A stretch of 64,000 nucleotides of DNA from positions 52,295 to 116,294 of the forward strand of contig JBAXRK010000006.1 in assembly GCA_037131245.1 (NCBI GenBank), in the 5' to 3' direction. The position numbers and the translations under genes were made by a program. Below the pieces are notes generated by a model. The model searched no databases and had not been told where the DNA came from. It was given only the letters and a program-made list of their open reading frames with translations. Each line of letters opens with the position of its first letter. Position 1 is the first letter of the stretch. Source of the stretch: Candidatus Omnitrophota bacterium. Its GTDB lineage: Bacteria; Omnitrophota; Gorgyraeia; Zapsychrales; Fredricksoniimonadaceae. Positions 40,570 through 50,436 of this stretch are shown in pieces.

Positions 40570-41174
40570 GCAATAAAAAAGAGCCCGAGATCAAGCAGGG
40601 TCCGGTATCCGACCCTTCTTCCTGGGTCGATAAGCACGGGGACTACCTTTACCGTTACGCGCTGATGCGTGTGCGCAACCGCGAGGCCGCCGAGAACCTG
40701 GTGCAGGAGACTTTTCTGGCCGCGCTGACCGCCCGCAAGGGGTTCACCGGGCGTTCCACTGAGCGTACCTGGATGGTGGGGATCCTTAAGCACAAGGTTA
40801 TTGACACGTATCGTAAATCGTTTCGCGAGAAATCTATTTCCGAGATCCAGACTGATGAAGAACAGACCGTTGACAGTTTTTACGACGCGGTGGGCAATCC
40901 CGGAAAGTACCCGAAGGATTGGCTCCCCGATCCGGAGAAATTGCTGAGTTCCAAAGAGTTCTGGGAAGTCCTCAAGGGCTGCATGGCTAAACTTCCGGAG
41001 CGTACGGCGGCGGCTTTTTCGATGAGAGAGCTTGACGACCTGGATACGGCCGAGATCTGTAAGGAGTTGAGTATCAGCCCGACGAATTTGTGGGTTATTC
41101 TGCACCGCGCGCGTTTACAGCTGCGCGAATGCCTGGAAAGGAACTGGTTCGAAAAGAAAGAAGATAATGTCTAA
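40566..41174 (+). CDS. ECF-family RNA polymerase sigma factor
   Basis: Region 2 is YLYRYALMRVRNREAAENLVQETFLAAL. Region 4 is LPERTAAAFSMRELDDLDTAEICKELSISPTNLWVILHRARLQLRECL. An ATGA overlap links it to the upstream lipoprotein gene. Confidence 0.9.
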   Translation: MSNKKEPEIKQGPVSDPSSWVDKHGDYLYRYALMRVRNREAAENLVQETFLAALTARKGFTGRSTERTWMVGILKHKVIDTYRKSFREKSISEIQTDEEQTVDSFYDAVGNPGKYPKDWLPDPEKLLSSKEFWEVLKGCMAKLPERTAAAFSMRELDDLDTAEICKELSISPTNLWVILHRARLQLRECLERNWFEKKEDNV

Positions 41175-41460
41175 TTGGGAAGAAGAAACAAAAATTCCGC
41201 TTATTACCTCCTGTAAACAGGCGGCCCGCCTTGTCTCCATCGCGATCGAACGCCGGTTGACCGTCCGTGAGACCCTCACCATGAACATTCACTTGTGGAT
41301 GTGTAAGACGTGTACCCGTTACCGCAACCAGATCCGGCTTCTTAGGCAAGCCTTCACGCGCCATGAAGAGGCCCTGGGGAACACACCTGCGTCCGAGTGC
41401 GATTGCCTTAATGCCCAGTCCAAACAACGGATCAAAGACGCGCTCGCCAAGAGCCGTTAG
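41167..41460 (+). CDS. Zinc-binding (zf-HC2/ZAS-type) anti-sigma factor, short soluble form
   Basis: It has the H-x3-C-x2-C motif (HLWMCKTC), overlaps the sigma gene by 8 nt, and has no TM segment. Confidence 0.7.
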   Translation: MSNWEEETKIPLITSCKQAARLVSIAIERRLTVRETLTMNIHLWMCKTCTRYRNQIRLLRQAFTRHEEALGNTPASECDCLNAQSKQRIKDALAKSR

Positions 41461-41463
41461 GCG

Positions 41464-42258
41464 ATGGCTTCCCTAAAAAGTTCCAATATCACACTCAACA
41501 CGGCGCCGGAAGGTGGCCGGATCAGTTCGCTTTTTGTTTTTGGCCATGAATTGCTCTGGCAAGGGGATGGCGAGCCGCTTCCTACCGTGAAAGACAAATC
41601 AAGGTTCTATCTTTCCGGAGGGGACCGGACCTGGGTTTCGCCGGAAAATGAGTGGGTTGGAAAAACGCCTCCCTTGGATCTTGACAGCGGACTATACAGC
41701 GAGCAGGAAATTGACGGTGGTATTATTTTGAAGAGTCCTTGTTGCCGGGAGACTGGCTTACAGGTGATCCGTACGATCAGCCTGACACCCGATGATCGTG
41801 TTCATTTGAAAGAGGAGATCGTGAATGTTTCCAATAAGCCAACGCGGCGCGGCGTATGGAATGTCAGTCGGGTGAGGCGGCCGTTCACGGTTTTTTGTCC
41901 GGGATCATCCCAACAATGGCGTTCCTATCATGAGAAAGACCCCACGTTACCGGTGCCGTCGTTAAAGCCGATCCCGCTTGGGGGCGCGGCCGGTATCCCG
42001 TGTATCCATCGGGCGTGTTATAAGTTCGGTGGTGTTCCGGATTCAGGAAGCTGCGCTGTGATCACGGAGCATGTTGTTTGGGAGCGCCACTTTGATATTT
42101 ACCCGCGGGAAGCGTACGCGCATGGCGCGGCTGTAGAAGTATTCAATTCCCTGCTTCATGATTACGGCGAGGTTGAAGTCCATTCGCCGCTGCATGTCCT
42201 TTTACCTGGAGAACGCGCAGCGTTGGCGCAAATTTGGGAATTCCGGCGAAAAGTATAA
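41464..42258 (+). CDS. Hypothetical protein, DUF4380 / mutarotase-like beta-sandwich candidate
   Basis: GGRISSLFVFGHELLW...GGDRTWVSPE resembles the pattern I recall for DUF4380. No catalytic residues were verified. Confidence 0.4.
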   Translation: MASLKSSNITLNTAPEGGRISSLFVFGHELLWQGDGEPLPTVKDKSRFYLSGGDRTWVSPENEWVGKTPPLDLDSGLYSEQEIDGGIILKSPCCRETGLQVIRTISLTPDDRVHLKEEIVNVSNKPTRRGVWNVSRVRRPFTVFCPGSSQQWRSYHEKDPTLPVPSLKPIPLGGAAGIPCIHRACYKFGGVPDSGSCAVITEHVVWERHFDIYPREAYAHGAAVEVFNSLLHDYGEVEVHSPLHVLLPGERAALAQIWEFRRKV

Positions 42259-42270
42259 ATTTTCCTTTTA

Positions 42271-42299
42271 TTGACATTATTGTTTATAAAAGCTATAAA
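42271..42299 (+). promoter_or_regulatory. Strong sigma70-type promoter (TTGACA-17 nt-TATAAA)
   Basis: TTGACA lies at 42271-42276 and TATAAA at 42294-42299. This leaves a leader of about 60 nt before the response-regulator ATG. Confidence 0.6.
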
Positions 42300-42367
42300 A
42301 CTAGGAAACAAAGAAGGCCGCCAGGGGAGATGGTCGATGCGGCAAAGCCAGTAAAACCGGAGATATT

Positions 42368-42742
42368 ATGGCGCGTATTTTGATCTGTGATGATGACCCG
42401 ACGATTCAGAAGATCGTCAGTGAGTTCCTTCGGCGAGATGGTCATGAGGTAACGATCGCCAAGGACGGGCTTGATGCGCTGGTTATCCTCAAAAAGGATA
42501 AGCCCGACTTGCTGGTGGTTGATGTGATGATGCCGGAGATCAACGGCTACGATGTTTGCCATAGCATCAAGTTCGATGCGCGCCTCAAAGACCTGCCGGT
42601 CGTCATTCTTACGTCGCGTGATCAAGAGCTTGATCCCCGCCTCGGAGCCCTGATGGGAATAGAGTACATGCATAAATCCTGTTCTCCCAAAGAGTTGACC
42701 GAGAGGATCAACCGGGTTCTCGCCGCCAGGTCCAAGAAGTAA
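42368..42742 (+). CDS. Single-domain (CheY-like) response regulator
   Basis: ILICDDDP...DLLVVDVMMPEINGY...VVILTS...K is the receiver-domain acidic pocket, phospho-Asp, T/S and K pattern. Confidence 0.9.
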   Translation: MARILICDDDPTIQKIVSEFLRRDGHEVTIAKDGLDALVILKKDKPDLLVVDVMMPEINGYDVCHSIKFDARLKDLPVVILTSRDQELDPRLGALMGIEYMHKSCSPKELTERINRVLAARSKK

Positions 42743-42772
42743 TGGAGTTGTGTCATACTGGAGGATCCTTTG

Positions 42773-43537
42773 ATGCGCCGTCTTTTTGTTCTTACCGCTG
42801 CTCTGCTTTTAACATGTCCGCTTTCCTCCAGTTTCGCCGCGCCTAAAGAGCCTTCCGAAACAGCCCTTTTTAAAAAGTATAACGCTGATGTCGACAAGTA
42901 CGCGTTCACCAAGAATTTCATCCTTAGCCTCAGCTATTACCGTCGCGTGGCCGACCGCCTGAGCGCGGAAGGGGATATCAAGGCCAAGAACGGGGCCAAT
43001 GTTAAATTGATCCAGGCGTATATCGAGGACCGGACACTGGATAATACGGAACTGCGCATTGCCAGGAATTATCTGACCCGTTTTGTTAAATCGCCGAACG
43101 GGCTCATCGAGAAGGTTTCGCGCCAGGCCATTTTGGCTTACGACGCGGTTTTGACATTAAGCATGCGTGAGCGGGATCAGTGGCAAGCCTTGTACCGTTT
43201 TAAGACAACGGGCCAGCCGGCAAATTTCAATGAGCCGCAGTTGATCTCCCGGCAGCTTAATATTTTTTCCGAAAAAAAAGAGGCGGAGAAATCCCTGTTG
43301 TCGGCCAGCATGCTGCTCCGGATCGTTCTCTTGAGTGCTGATCGCTGTGAGAATGATACCTGTAAGCTGCTGGTGCTGACCGATCAGGAGCGCCGCAAGC
43401 TGACCGGTTTTCTGGATGACTTTGCCCGTGACATCCCGGATTGGGGCATTAAAGCCGGCCAGTCACCGGTTGAAGGCTGTGTTGCGGCGATCCGGGAAGT
43501 GTTGGAAGACAAGCTTTATACCAGTCGAGACAAGTGA
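42773..43537 (+). CDS. Secreted alpha-helical protein, unknown function
   Basis: GGAGGA lies 7 nt upstream of ATG 42773. The signal peptide is MRRLFVLTAALLLTCPLSSSFA|APKE. Its stop overlaps the addA GTG (GTGA). Confidence 0.55.
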   Translation: MRRLFVLTAALLLTCPLSSSFAAPKEPSETALFKKYNADVDKYAFTKNFILSLSYYRRVADRLSAEGDIKAKNGANVKLIQAYIEDRTLDNTELRIARNYLTRFVKSPNGLIEKVSRQAILAYDAVLTLSMRERDQWQALYRFKTTGQPANFNEPQLISRQLNIFSEKKEAEKSLLSASMLLRIVLLSADRCENDTCKLLVLTDQERRKLTGFLDDFARDIPDWGIKAGQSPVEGCVAAIREVLEDKLYTSRDK

Positions 43538-46500
43538 ACGCCCGCCGATCATTTTATTCCCCCGAAGTCGTGGTTTGTGAAGCGTCAGCCGGTTCCGGCA
43601 AGACCTATGCTTTGGCCGAGCGCTATGTGCGTCTGATCCTTTATTTATCGAAGAGTTCGCTTCGGCCTCCGGTTTATTCCATCCTTGCCATTACGTTCAC
43701 TAATAAAGCCGCTTTTGAGATGAAAGAGCGGATCATCCGTTTTCTTAAAGAGCTGTCGTTGGGCGTGATGGATAAGGCAGAAGAGGCCAGGATGGTCGAC
43801 GGGCTTGGGATGGATGTGCCGCAGGTGCGCGCTGTCGCCATGCGGGTCATTGCCGAGATCCTGCGGGGATACAATTATTTTCAGGTTCAGACCATTGACC
43901 GTTTTATCAATACCTTGCTGGTCAGTTCGGCGTTCCAGATCGGGCTGACATCGGCATTCCGGATCAAGGATGACGCGCGGGAATATCTGGAGCTGGCGGT
44001 CGATGAATTGATCGAGGAAGCTAAGACCGATGCAGGGGTTAAAGGGGCGTTTGATGATCTTTTGACCAGCTTGCTTCTGGTGGAGGCTCGTTCTCCGTGG
44101 ATGCCGAAAGATGTGGTGGTCGATACCGTCCGGGAGCTGTTTAAGGAGTTTAACACCTACGCCAGGCCATTTATCCGTGGACAGCTGACACCGGATGATA
44201 TCTGGCGCGCCAAGATCAACGTGGTCAATGATGTGAGGGCCTTTGTTGAACAGATGCCGCCCGGCATTCATAAGACCGTTGAAAAGTCCCTGAGGAGCTT
44301 TGTTGCCGATGATCGCCGGGCGTTCCAGTTTAGACCGGGGTTGTCATCGTATTTTGCCAAGGACGCGCAGGAGATCCCCAAGTTCGCCTTAACGGGCTGG
44401 CACCTCGAGCAGTGGGAGAAGATCCGCGCCGGTTTTAATTCTGCCGCGGAACTGGAAGTCCGCCATTTATATGATCCTTACATTGAAGTTTTTGAGAAGG
44501 TCCGCGAGCGGTTGGCTCAGGCCTGCTTGAAGGAGGATGTTCTTTTTCTATCGGAGCTTAATGCCAAGGCTCGCCTGATCCATGAGCGGGGGATCGCGCC
44601 GGAGGAGCTTTATTATCGTTTGTCGACCCGATTTGAACATTATCTTTTTGATGAATTTCAGGATACCAGCCTTCTGCAATGGGAGAATCTCAAGGCTTTG
44701 CCGGAAGACGCGATCGCGAAGGGCGGTTCACTTTTTTACGTGGGCGACAAGAAACAGGCGATCTTTTCTTTCCGCGGGGGTGACACGGCTCTTTTTGACA
44801 ATATCCGCCGGCAATTTTCGGCCGAAGGGTATCATCTTGACCCTCAGACGCTGTCTCAGAGCCGGCGCAGCCACCGGTCGCTGGTCGAGTTCAATAACGC
44901 GGTCTTTTCGATAGAAAATCTTAAGCGCTTGATGCTGCAGGCGCCCGCCCGCCCCGGAGACCACGCGGAGTTGGAACGGGTTTATGGTGGCGCGGCGCAG
45001 GAACCCGTTAAACTTGACCCTTCGGGGTATGTGCGGGTGGAGTTCTTGTCGGGAAAGTTGCAGGAGGAGTCCCGCGAGGATTCTCTTGTGCGCACGGTTG
45101 CGCTTTTACGGGAACTCCATCAGAGGTTTGCCTGGAAAGATATCGGGGTTTTGGTACGCAAGAACAGTGACGTTTCGCTGATGACCCGGGCTTTGCTTGA
45201 AGCCGGTATTCCGGCGGCTTCCGAGCGTACGCTTAATATCAAGGAGCACCCGCATGTGATCGAGGTGGCCGCGCTGCTGCATTTTCTGGATGCTCCGGTC
45301 GACAATGAAGCCTTTGCGGCCGTTGTTTTGGGGGAGCTTTTCCTGAAAGCGTCCGCGATCCCTTTGGCGGGTGTTCAAGACCTGATCGTGGGATGGCGCG
45401 AAGGTAAAAGAGAGCCATATCTTTACAAGGAATTCCAGAAAGCTTTTCCGGATGCCTGGGAACGATTGCTGAGCGTGTTCTTCCGGCAGGTGGGGTTGTA
45501 TCCGGTGTATGAGCTGACGGTCAGTATTTTCCGTTCCTGGGAGGTTCTTAAGAGTTACCCTCAAAGCCAGGCCTTCCTGATGCATTTGCTGGAGTTGGTG
45601 CGCGCGAAAGAGCTCGACTATCCGTCCCTGGGCGAGTTTTTGCGCTTTTATGATAATGGCGAGGGGGAGGCATTCTTTGTGCCGGCGGCGGGAGCTGACG
45701 CGGTTCGGGTGGCGACCATTCATAAATCCAAGGGACTGGAATATCGCGTGGTCATTCTACCGTTCTTTACTCTGGGGCTAGATCGCGGCGGCGCCGCCGG
45801 AGTGACCGCGCCGAAGTACGTGCTGCGTAATATTGAGGATGGACTGGCTCTCTATCATTTTAATGAGATGCACACGAATTATTCCCGGTTGGCCGAGGAA
45901 GAATCGGTGCAGGAGAAAATGCTGGCTTTTTTTAATGAGCTCAACAACGCTTATGTGGCGCTGACCCGCGCGGTCTGCGAAATGTATGTGTTCATTCCCG
46001 CTAAAAGTGGCAGTTCAAAGAATCTCGCAGTCGATCTGATCCCGCAAGAAATGCTCTCTGTCGGCACCCCTTCAATAAATTATCCTCAGGGCAAGGCCGG
46101 GGATGCGGTGTCTCCGGTTGATGTGGCCCCTCCTGATTGCCGGGACTGGTTGCGGTTCCTGAAAGACGAGTTCATCGATCCCGCGCATGCGCCGGAGCGC
46201 GCCTTGGGCATTGAATTGCATGACGCTCTGCAGGGAAAAATGCCCGTAACACCCCGGGTGCAGGCGTTAGTGAGCGCCTTCCTGGCAGCACCCGCGGTAG
46301 CTTCCTTGTTCAAGGCGGGAGACGTCCAGGTTTATACTGAATATGAACTGGTTGACCGTTATGGGCGAACAAAGCGGGTCGACCGGTTACTGGTCGGCAA
46401 AGACCTGGTCACGGTGATCGATTTTAAGACAAGTCGTTCCGACGCGGTGGAAGCAGGGCGAGTTCAGGTCAGGGAGTATATCGGGCTCTTGCGGGACATT

Positions 46501-46581
46501 TTCCCGGGCCGAAAGTTCAGGGGTGTTTTGGCCTTCATCATGGAGAAGGACATCGAAGATGTCGCGGATATTCACGGTTGA
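43534..46581 (+). CDS. addA: UvrD/PcrA-type helicase-nuclease, AddA/RecB-like
   Basis: Walker A is CEASAGSGKTYAL. Helicase motifs include FDEFQDTS, FYVGDKKQAIFSFRGG, TIHKSKGLEY and VALTRA. The C-terminal PD-(D/E)XK nuclease motif is VDRLLVGKDLVTVIDFKT. Confidence 0.85.
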   Translation: MNARRSFYSPEVVVCEASAGSGKTYALAERYVRLILYLSKSSLRPPVYSILAITFTNKAAFEMKERIIRFLKELSLGVMDKAEEARMVDGLGMDVPQVRAVAMRVIAEILRGYNYFQVQTIDRFINTLLVSSAFQIGLTSAFRIKDDAREYLELAVDELIEEAKTDAGVKGAFDDLLTSLLLVEARSPWMPKDVVVDTVRELFKEFNTYARPFIRGQLTPDDIWRAKINVVNDVRAFVEQMPPGIHKTVEKSLRSFVADDRRAFQFRPGLSSYFAKDAQEIPKFALTGWHLEQWEKIRAGFNSAAELEVRHLYDPYIEVFEKVRERLAQACLKEDVLFLSELNAKARLIHERGIAPEELYYRLSTRFEHYLFDEFQDTSLLQWENLKALPEDAIAKGGSLFYVGDKKQAIFSFRGGDTALFDNIRRQFSAEGYHLDPQTLSQSRRSHRSLVEFNNAVFSIENLKRLMLQAPARPGDHAELERVYGGAAQEPVKLDPSGYVRVEFLSGKLQEESREDSLVRTVALLRELHQRFAWKDIGVLVRKNSDVSLMTRALLEAGIPAASERTLNIKEHPHVIEVAALLHFLDAPVDNEAFAAVVLGELFLKASAIPLAGVQDLIVGWREGKREPYLYKEFQKAFPDAWERLLSVFFRQVGLYPVYELTVSIFRSWEVLKSYPQSQAFLMHLLELVRAKELDYPSLGEFLRFYDNGEGEAFFVPAAGADAVRVATIHKSKGLEYRVVILPFFTLGLDRGGAAGVTAPKYVLRNIEDGLALYHFNEMHTNYSRLAEEESVQEKMLAFFNELNNAYVALTRAVCEMYVFIPAKSGSSKNLAVDLIPQEMLSVGTPSINYPQGKAGDAVSPVDVAPPDCRDWLRFLKDEFIDPAHAPERALGIELHDALQGKMPVTPRVQALVSAFLAAPAVASLFKAGDVQVYTEYELVDRYGRTKRVDRLLVGKDLVTVIDFKTSRSDAVEAGRVQVREYIGLLRDIFPGRKFRGVLAFIMEKDIEDVADIHG

Positions 46582-49372
46582 TTTTACCAAGAACTTTATC
46601 GATGAGCTGGCTGCTTATCTGCATCGCGCGTATAGCGCGCAGGGGCGGCCGCTTGACCGCGTGGGGATCGTTTTCGGCGGACGGCGCCCGGCGCATTTTC
46701 TTAAGCGTGCCCTGGCGAGAAAAACCGGTAAAGCGTTTGTGCCGCCGACTTTTTTTACGATCGACGAACTGATGGATCGCATTGCCAATACGACCGGTAT
46801 CTTAAAGCCGCTTACGGCGGTGGAAGAGCGGTATGAGCTTTATGGTCTGGCCAAAGAGTTAACGCCAGAGTTGCTCGAGGGGCGGGAGTCTTTCGCGCAA
46901 TTCCTGCCCTGGGCGGGAGAGATCCTGGATTTTATCGGTGAACTGGACCTTGAGGACGTCAGCGCCTCCGCGCTTAAGAATATAGAGGCCAGCGCGCGCA
47001 TCGGGTTCTCGGTGCCGGAGAATATCAATCGCCTTTTGGAGCGGGTCCTTACCTTGCGGGGGGCTTTTCATCAGAGGCTCTTGGATGCTGGAAGAACCCG
47101 CCGGAGTTTACAATATCTGAGAGCCAAAGAGAATGTCGGTGGTGCTGCCTTTAAGGAATTTGACGAGTTCGTTTTCGCGAATTTCTTTTATTTTCACCGT
47201 ACGGAAGAGGCGGTGGCCAAGCACCTTTACGCCAAGGAGAATGCCACGCTGGTTTTTCAGGGCGATCAGCGTAAGTGGCCGGTGCTCGAGCGCATTGCCC
47301 GGCGGTTCGGTTGTGATCTCCTGGAAGGGGAGGCGCCCACGCCCACGCGCTTTCATCTGGACGCCTATTCGGCGTTCGATGCTCATGCGGAAAGTGCCAT
47401 GGCCCGGGATATTCTTGGCCGGATCAACGACCTTTCATCGACCGTGGTTATCTTGCCTGACGGCGGGGCTTTGATGCCGCTCTTGTCGTCGCTACCTGAT
47501 GAGATGGAGGATTTTAATGTTTCAATGGGTTATCCGCTCCGGCGGGGCAGCCTTTATGTTTTGTTGGAGAGCGTCTTTAGGGCCTGCTCTTCTATTCGCC
47601 AGGGGGCGTACTACACCCGTGATTACCTGGCGGTCCTTCAACATCCGTTATTGAAGAACTTGAACCTTGCGGATCCTGGAGATTCGAAAGGTTCAGTGAC
47701 GCGTGTCCTTATTCATAAGATCGAAGAAGTCCTTAAAGGCCGGATCGCGGGCAGCGTGTCCGGCAAACTTTTTATCACGCTCGATGAAGTTGCGTCCGAT
47801 CCTGTTATTTATCAGGAGGCGGTGAAGGCCCTGGCCGCGATGGGGGTTGCCGTTACAGGCGAAACATTGAGATCGGCGTTGGAGGGGATCCATCGCATTT
47901 TCTTTGCCCAGTGGGCCGATGTGAGATCACCGGCCGCGTTCGCGCAGGCCTTGGCTGTCTTTCTGCAGGCCATGAGGTCGTCGAGCGAAATGGAGTCATA
48001 TCCACTAAATTTGAATATCGCCGCGCGGATCGATGAGATCATGGAAAGTTTCGCGCGGGCTTCGTTCACTAATGAGACGTTCTCGATCGATGAGCTCATT
48101 CGCGTCTTTGAAGATATCGCCGGCCGGGATAAGGTAAGTTTTTCCGGTACGCCGCTCAAAGGCCTTCAGGTCCTTGGGCTCTTTGAAACGCGGTCACTCA
48201 ATTTTAAGAATGTGATCGTGATGGACACGAATGAAGGCGTTCTGCCGAAGGTGGAAGCGCGCTCATCGTTGATCCCTCGCGAGGTCATGAGCCAGTTGGG
48301 GATCGACCGCCTGGAACTGGAAGAGGAGATCCAGCGCTATCAGTTCATGCGGGTGATCTCATCGGCTGAGAATGTTCATATCATTTACCAGCAGAACAAG
48401 GAAAAAGAGCCTAGCCGTTTTCTGGAGGAACTGATCTGGGAGCAACAGGTGAGGGAAGGCGCTCTGAGGGCTTTTCCCACCATACGGGCGGCGTTCCAGG
48501 CGGGTGTCAGCGCCGTCAAACGTTCGGCGCCTAAAACCCCGAAGATCATGGCGTTCTTGAAAAACTTTACGTTCTCGGCAAGCAGTGTGAATTCATATTT
48601 GAAGAATCCTTACGAGTTTTATCAGCGTTACGTTCTTGGCTTGCGGGAACAGGAAGACCTGCTTGATGAGCCGGACGCGGCGATCATTGGGAATTTTCTT
48701 CATGGTTTTCTTGAGGAAGCCTACCGGCCGTTCGAAGGCAAGGCGCTTTCGATCGATGCCGATTTTGAAACGCATTTCTGGGGGCTGTTCGAACGGCATT
48801 TTAAGGCCGACTTTACCCAGCGGATGCGTTCGGATGATTTTCTGGTGCGCAGTGTGATGGAGCATAAACTTAAGGCATTTCTGGCTTATGAGAAGGAGCG
48901 CATGGCTGGTGTAGTGCAACTGGTGGCCGTGGAGCGGGATTATCCTGGGGAGCTTGAGCTTCCGTCCGGTAAATATCTATTCAAGACGCGCGTGGACCGA
49001 GTGGAGGCGTTGATCGGCGGCGGGCTATCGGTGCTTGATTACAAAACGGGATCATCGGATAAGCTCCCTCAGCGCCCGCTGGTCCTGTCGGATGCTCCGG
49101 ATCGCGAGGAGATTTACAATAAAGTTCATTCGTTTCAGTTACCGCTCTATATGCATTTTATCGCCAAGGCAAATCCGGGGTGTGTGGTAAACGCCGGGCT
49201 TTATCTGTTGCGCAGTTCAGAGATCAAGTATTTCTTTACGGAGAAGTTTGCGCCGGTGCCCCTGGAAAATATCATTGAGCCATACTGGCGTGCTTTGGAT
49301 ATGATCATGGCCGAGATCATGGATCCTGAGATCCCGTTTGAAGATAATGATCTTTCGGGGTATGATGCGTAG
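46559..49372 (+). CDS. addB: AddB-like PD-(D/E)XK nuclease subunit (no Walker A, no Fe-S Cys cluster)
   Basis: GGAGAAGGA precedes ATG 46559, and the gene overlaps addA by 23 nt. The C-terminal nuclease motif is RVDRVEALIGGGLSVLDYKTGSS...QLPLY. The N-terminal region lacks GxGKT. Confidence 0.7.
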   Translation: MSRIFTVDFTKNFIDELAAYLHRAYSAQGRPLDRVGIVFGGRRPAHFLKRALARKTGKAFVPPTFFTIDELMDRIANTTGILKPLTAVEERYELYGLAKELTPELLEGRESFAQFLPWAGEILDFIGELDLEDVSASALKNIEASARIGFSVPENINRLLERVLTLRGAFHQRLLDAGRTRRSLQYLRAKENVGGAAFKEFDEFVFANFFYFHRTEEAVAKHLYAKENATLVFQGDQRKWPVLERIARRFGCDLLEGEAPTPTRFHLDAYSAFDAHAESAMARDILGRINDLSSTVVILPDGGALMPLLSSLPDEMEDFNVSMGYPLRRGSLYVLLESVFRACSSIRQGAYYTRDYLAVLQHPLLKNLNLADPGDSKGSVTRVLIHKIEEVLKGRIAGSVSGKLFITLDEVASDPVIYQEAVKALAAMGVAVTGETLRSALEGIHRIFFAQWADVRSPAAFAQALAVFLQAMRSSSEMESYPLNLNIAARIDEIMESFARASFTNETFSIDELIRVFEDIAGRDKVSFSGTPLKGLQVLGLFETRSLNFKNVIVMDTNEGVLPKVEARSSLIPREVMSQLGIDRLELEEEIQRYQFMRVISSAENVHIIYQQNKEKEPSRFLEELIWEQQVREGALRAFPTIRAAFQAGVSAVKRSAPKTPKIMAFLKNFTFSASSVNSYLKNPYEFYQRYVLGLREQEDLLDEPDAAIIGNFLHGFLEEAYRPFEGKALSIDADFETHFWGLFERHFKADFTQRMRSDDFLVRSVMEHKLKAFLAYEKERMAGVVQLVAVERDYPGELELPSGKYLFKTRVDRVEALIGGGLSVLDYKTGSSDKLPQRPLVLSDAPDREEIYNKVHSFQLPLYMHFIAKANPGCVVNAGLYLLRSSEIKYFFTEKFAPVPLENIIEPYWRALDMIMAEIMDPEIPFEDNDLSGYDA

Positions 49373-49388
49373 AATAGGTTTATCTAAT

Positions 49389-49766
49389 ATGCCAAAGACG
49401 ATCCTGATCGTAGATGATGAAGAAATGGTGGTCGACATGACCCGGCGTAAGCTGGTGCATGAGGGCTATCTGGCTATTGGTGTTAGCGACGGCCATGAGG
49501 GTTTGAAAGTCCTGCGGGAGGGGCCGGTCGATCTTATTATCCTTGATATCGAAATGCCGAACATGAACGGGTATGCTTTTTTGACTGAATCAAGAAAAAT
49601 AGCCGGTGCCGAGAAAGTCCCTGTCATCATGCTGACAGCTTACGAATCAATGGAGCCGACATTCCGCCGCTTGGGAGTGGCGGATTATTTGACCAAGCCG
49701 CTGCGTTTCGGGGATTTGATCTCCAAGATCCAGGGTGTGCTGGAGTACTCTGATGCTCAAAAGTAA
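49389..49766 (+). CDS. Single-domain (CheY-like) response regulator
   Basis: ILIVDDEE...DLIILDIEMPNMNGY...VIMLTA...KP is the receiver-domain pattern. Confidence 0.9.
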   Translation: MPKTILIVDDEEMVVDMTRRKLVHEGYLAIGVSDGHEGLKVLREGPVDLIILDIEMPNMNGYAFLTESRKIAGAEKVPVIMLTAYESMEPTFRRLGVADYLTKPLRFGDLISKIQGVLEYSDAQK

Positions 49767-50436
49767 CCTGGATGCCGTTGGGCAGAAGATCGCGGATATT
49801 TGTTATCGATGCGGACGGAACCCCCAGGCGGTCATTCTGGTCGGGGTCACCAAGTATTCTGATGCCGCTACGGTCAATGAAGCGGTGGCTTCAGGCCTAA
49901 AGGACATTGCCGAAAATCGCATTCAGGCGGCCAAAGAGAAGTTCGCGTTGATCACAGGCACTGGCGTGAGCAAGCATCTTATCGGACATTTACAGTCGAA
50001 TAAGGCCAAAGAAGCGGTGGCTCTTTTCGACCTGATCCAGTCGGTCGATAGTGTCGCGCTGGTCGATGAGATCAACAAGCGCGCCGCAACTATCGGCAAG
50101 GTCCAAGACATCCTTTTACAGGTCGATATTGCTAAAGAAGAACAGAAATTCGGTTTGCCGCAGGAAGAGGCGGGGGCTTTTTTAAATCATGTCAGCCAGC
50201 TGAACAATGTCCGTTTGCTCGGCTTAATGACCATGGCGCCACTGACCGAAGATAAAGAGGTTATTCGTTCGGTTTTTCGTCGCTGTCATGAATTATTTAA
50301 AACGATCGCGCAGGATTGGGCCTGCAGCGAGCGCGTTCAAATGAAGCATCTTTCGATGGGGATGAGCGGTGACTTTGATATCGCCATTGAAGAGGGCGCA
50401 ACCATGGTCCGTATAGGGAGCTTGATATTCAAATGA
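49753..50436 (+). CDS. yggS: YggS-family PLP homeostasis protein
   Basis: VILVGVTKY contains the PLP Lys. HLIGHLQSNK, SMGMSGDF, EGATMVRIG and FG are also present. Confidence 0.92.
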   Translation: MLKSNLDAVGQKIADICYRCGRNPQAVILVGVTKYSDAATVNEAVASGLKDIAENRIQAAKEKFALITGTGVSKHLIGHLQSNKAKEAVALFDLIQSVDSVALVDEINKRAATIGKVQDILLQVDIAKEEQKFGLPQEEAGAFLNHVSQLNNVRLLGLMTMAPLTEDKEVIRSVFRRCHELFKTIAQDWACSERVQMKHLSMGMSGDFDIAIEEGATMVRIGSLIFK

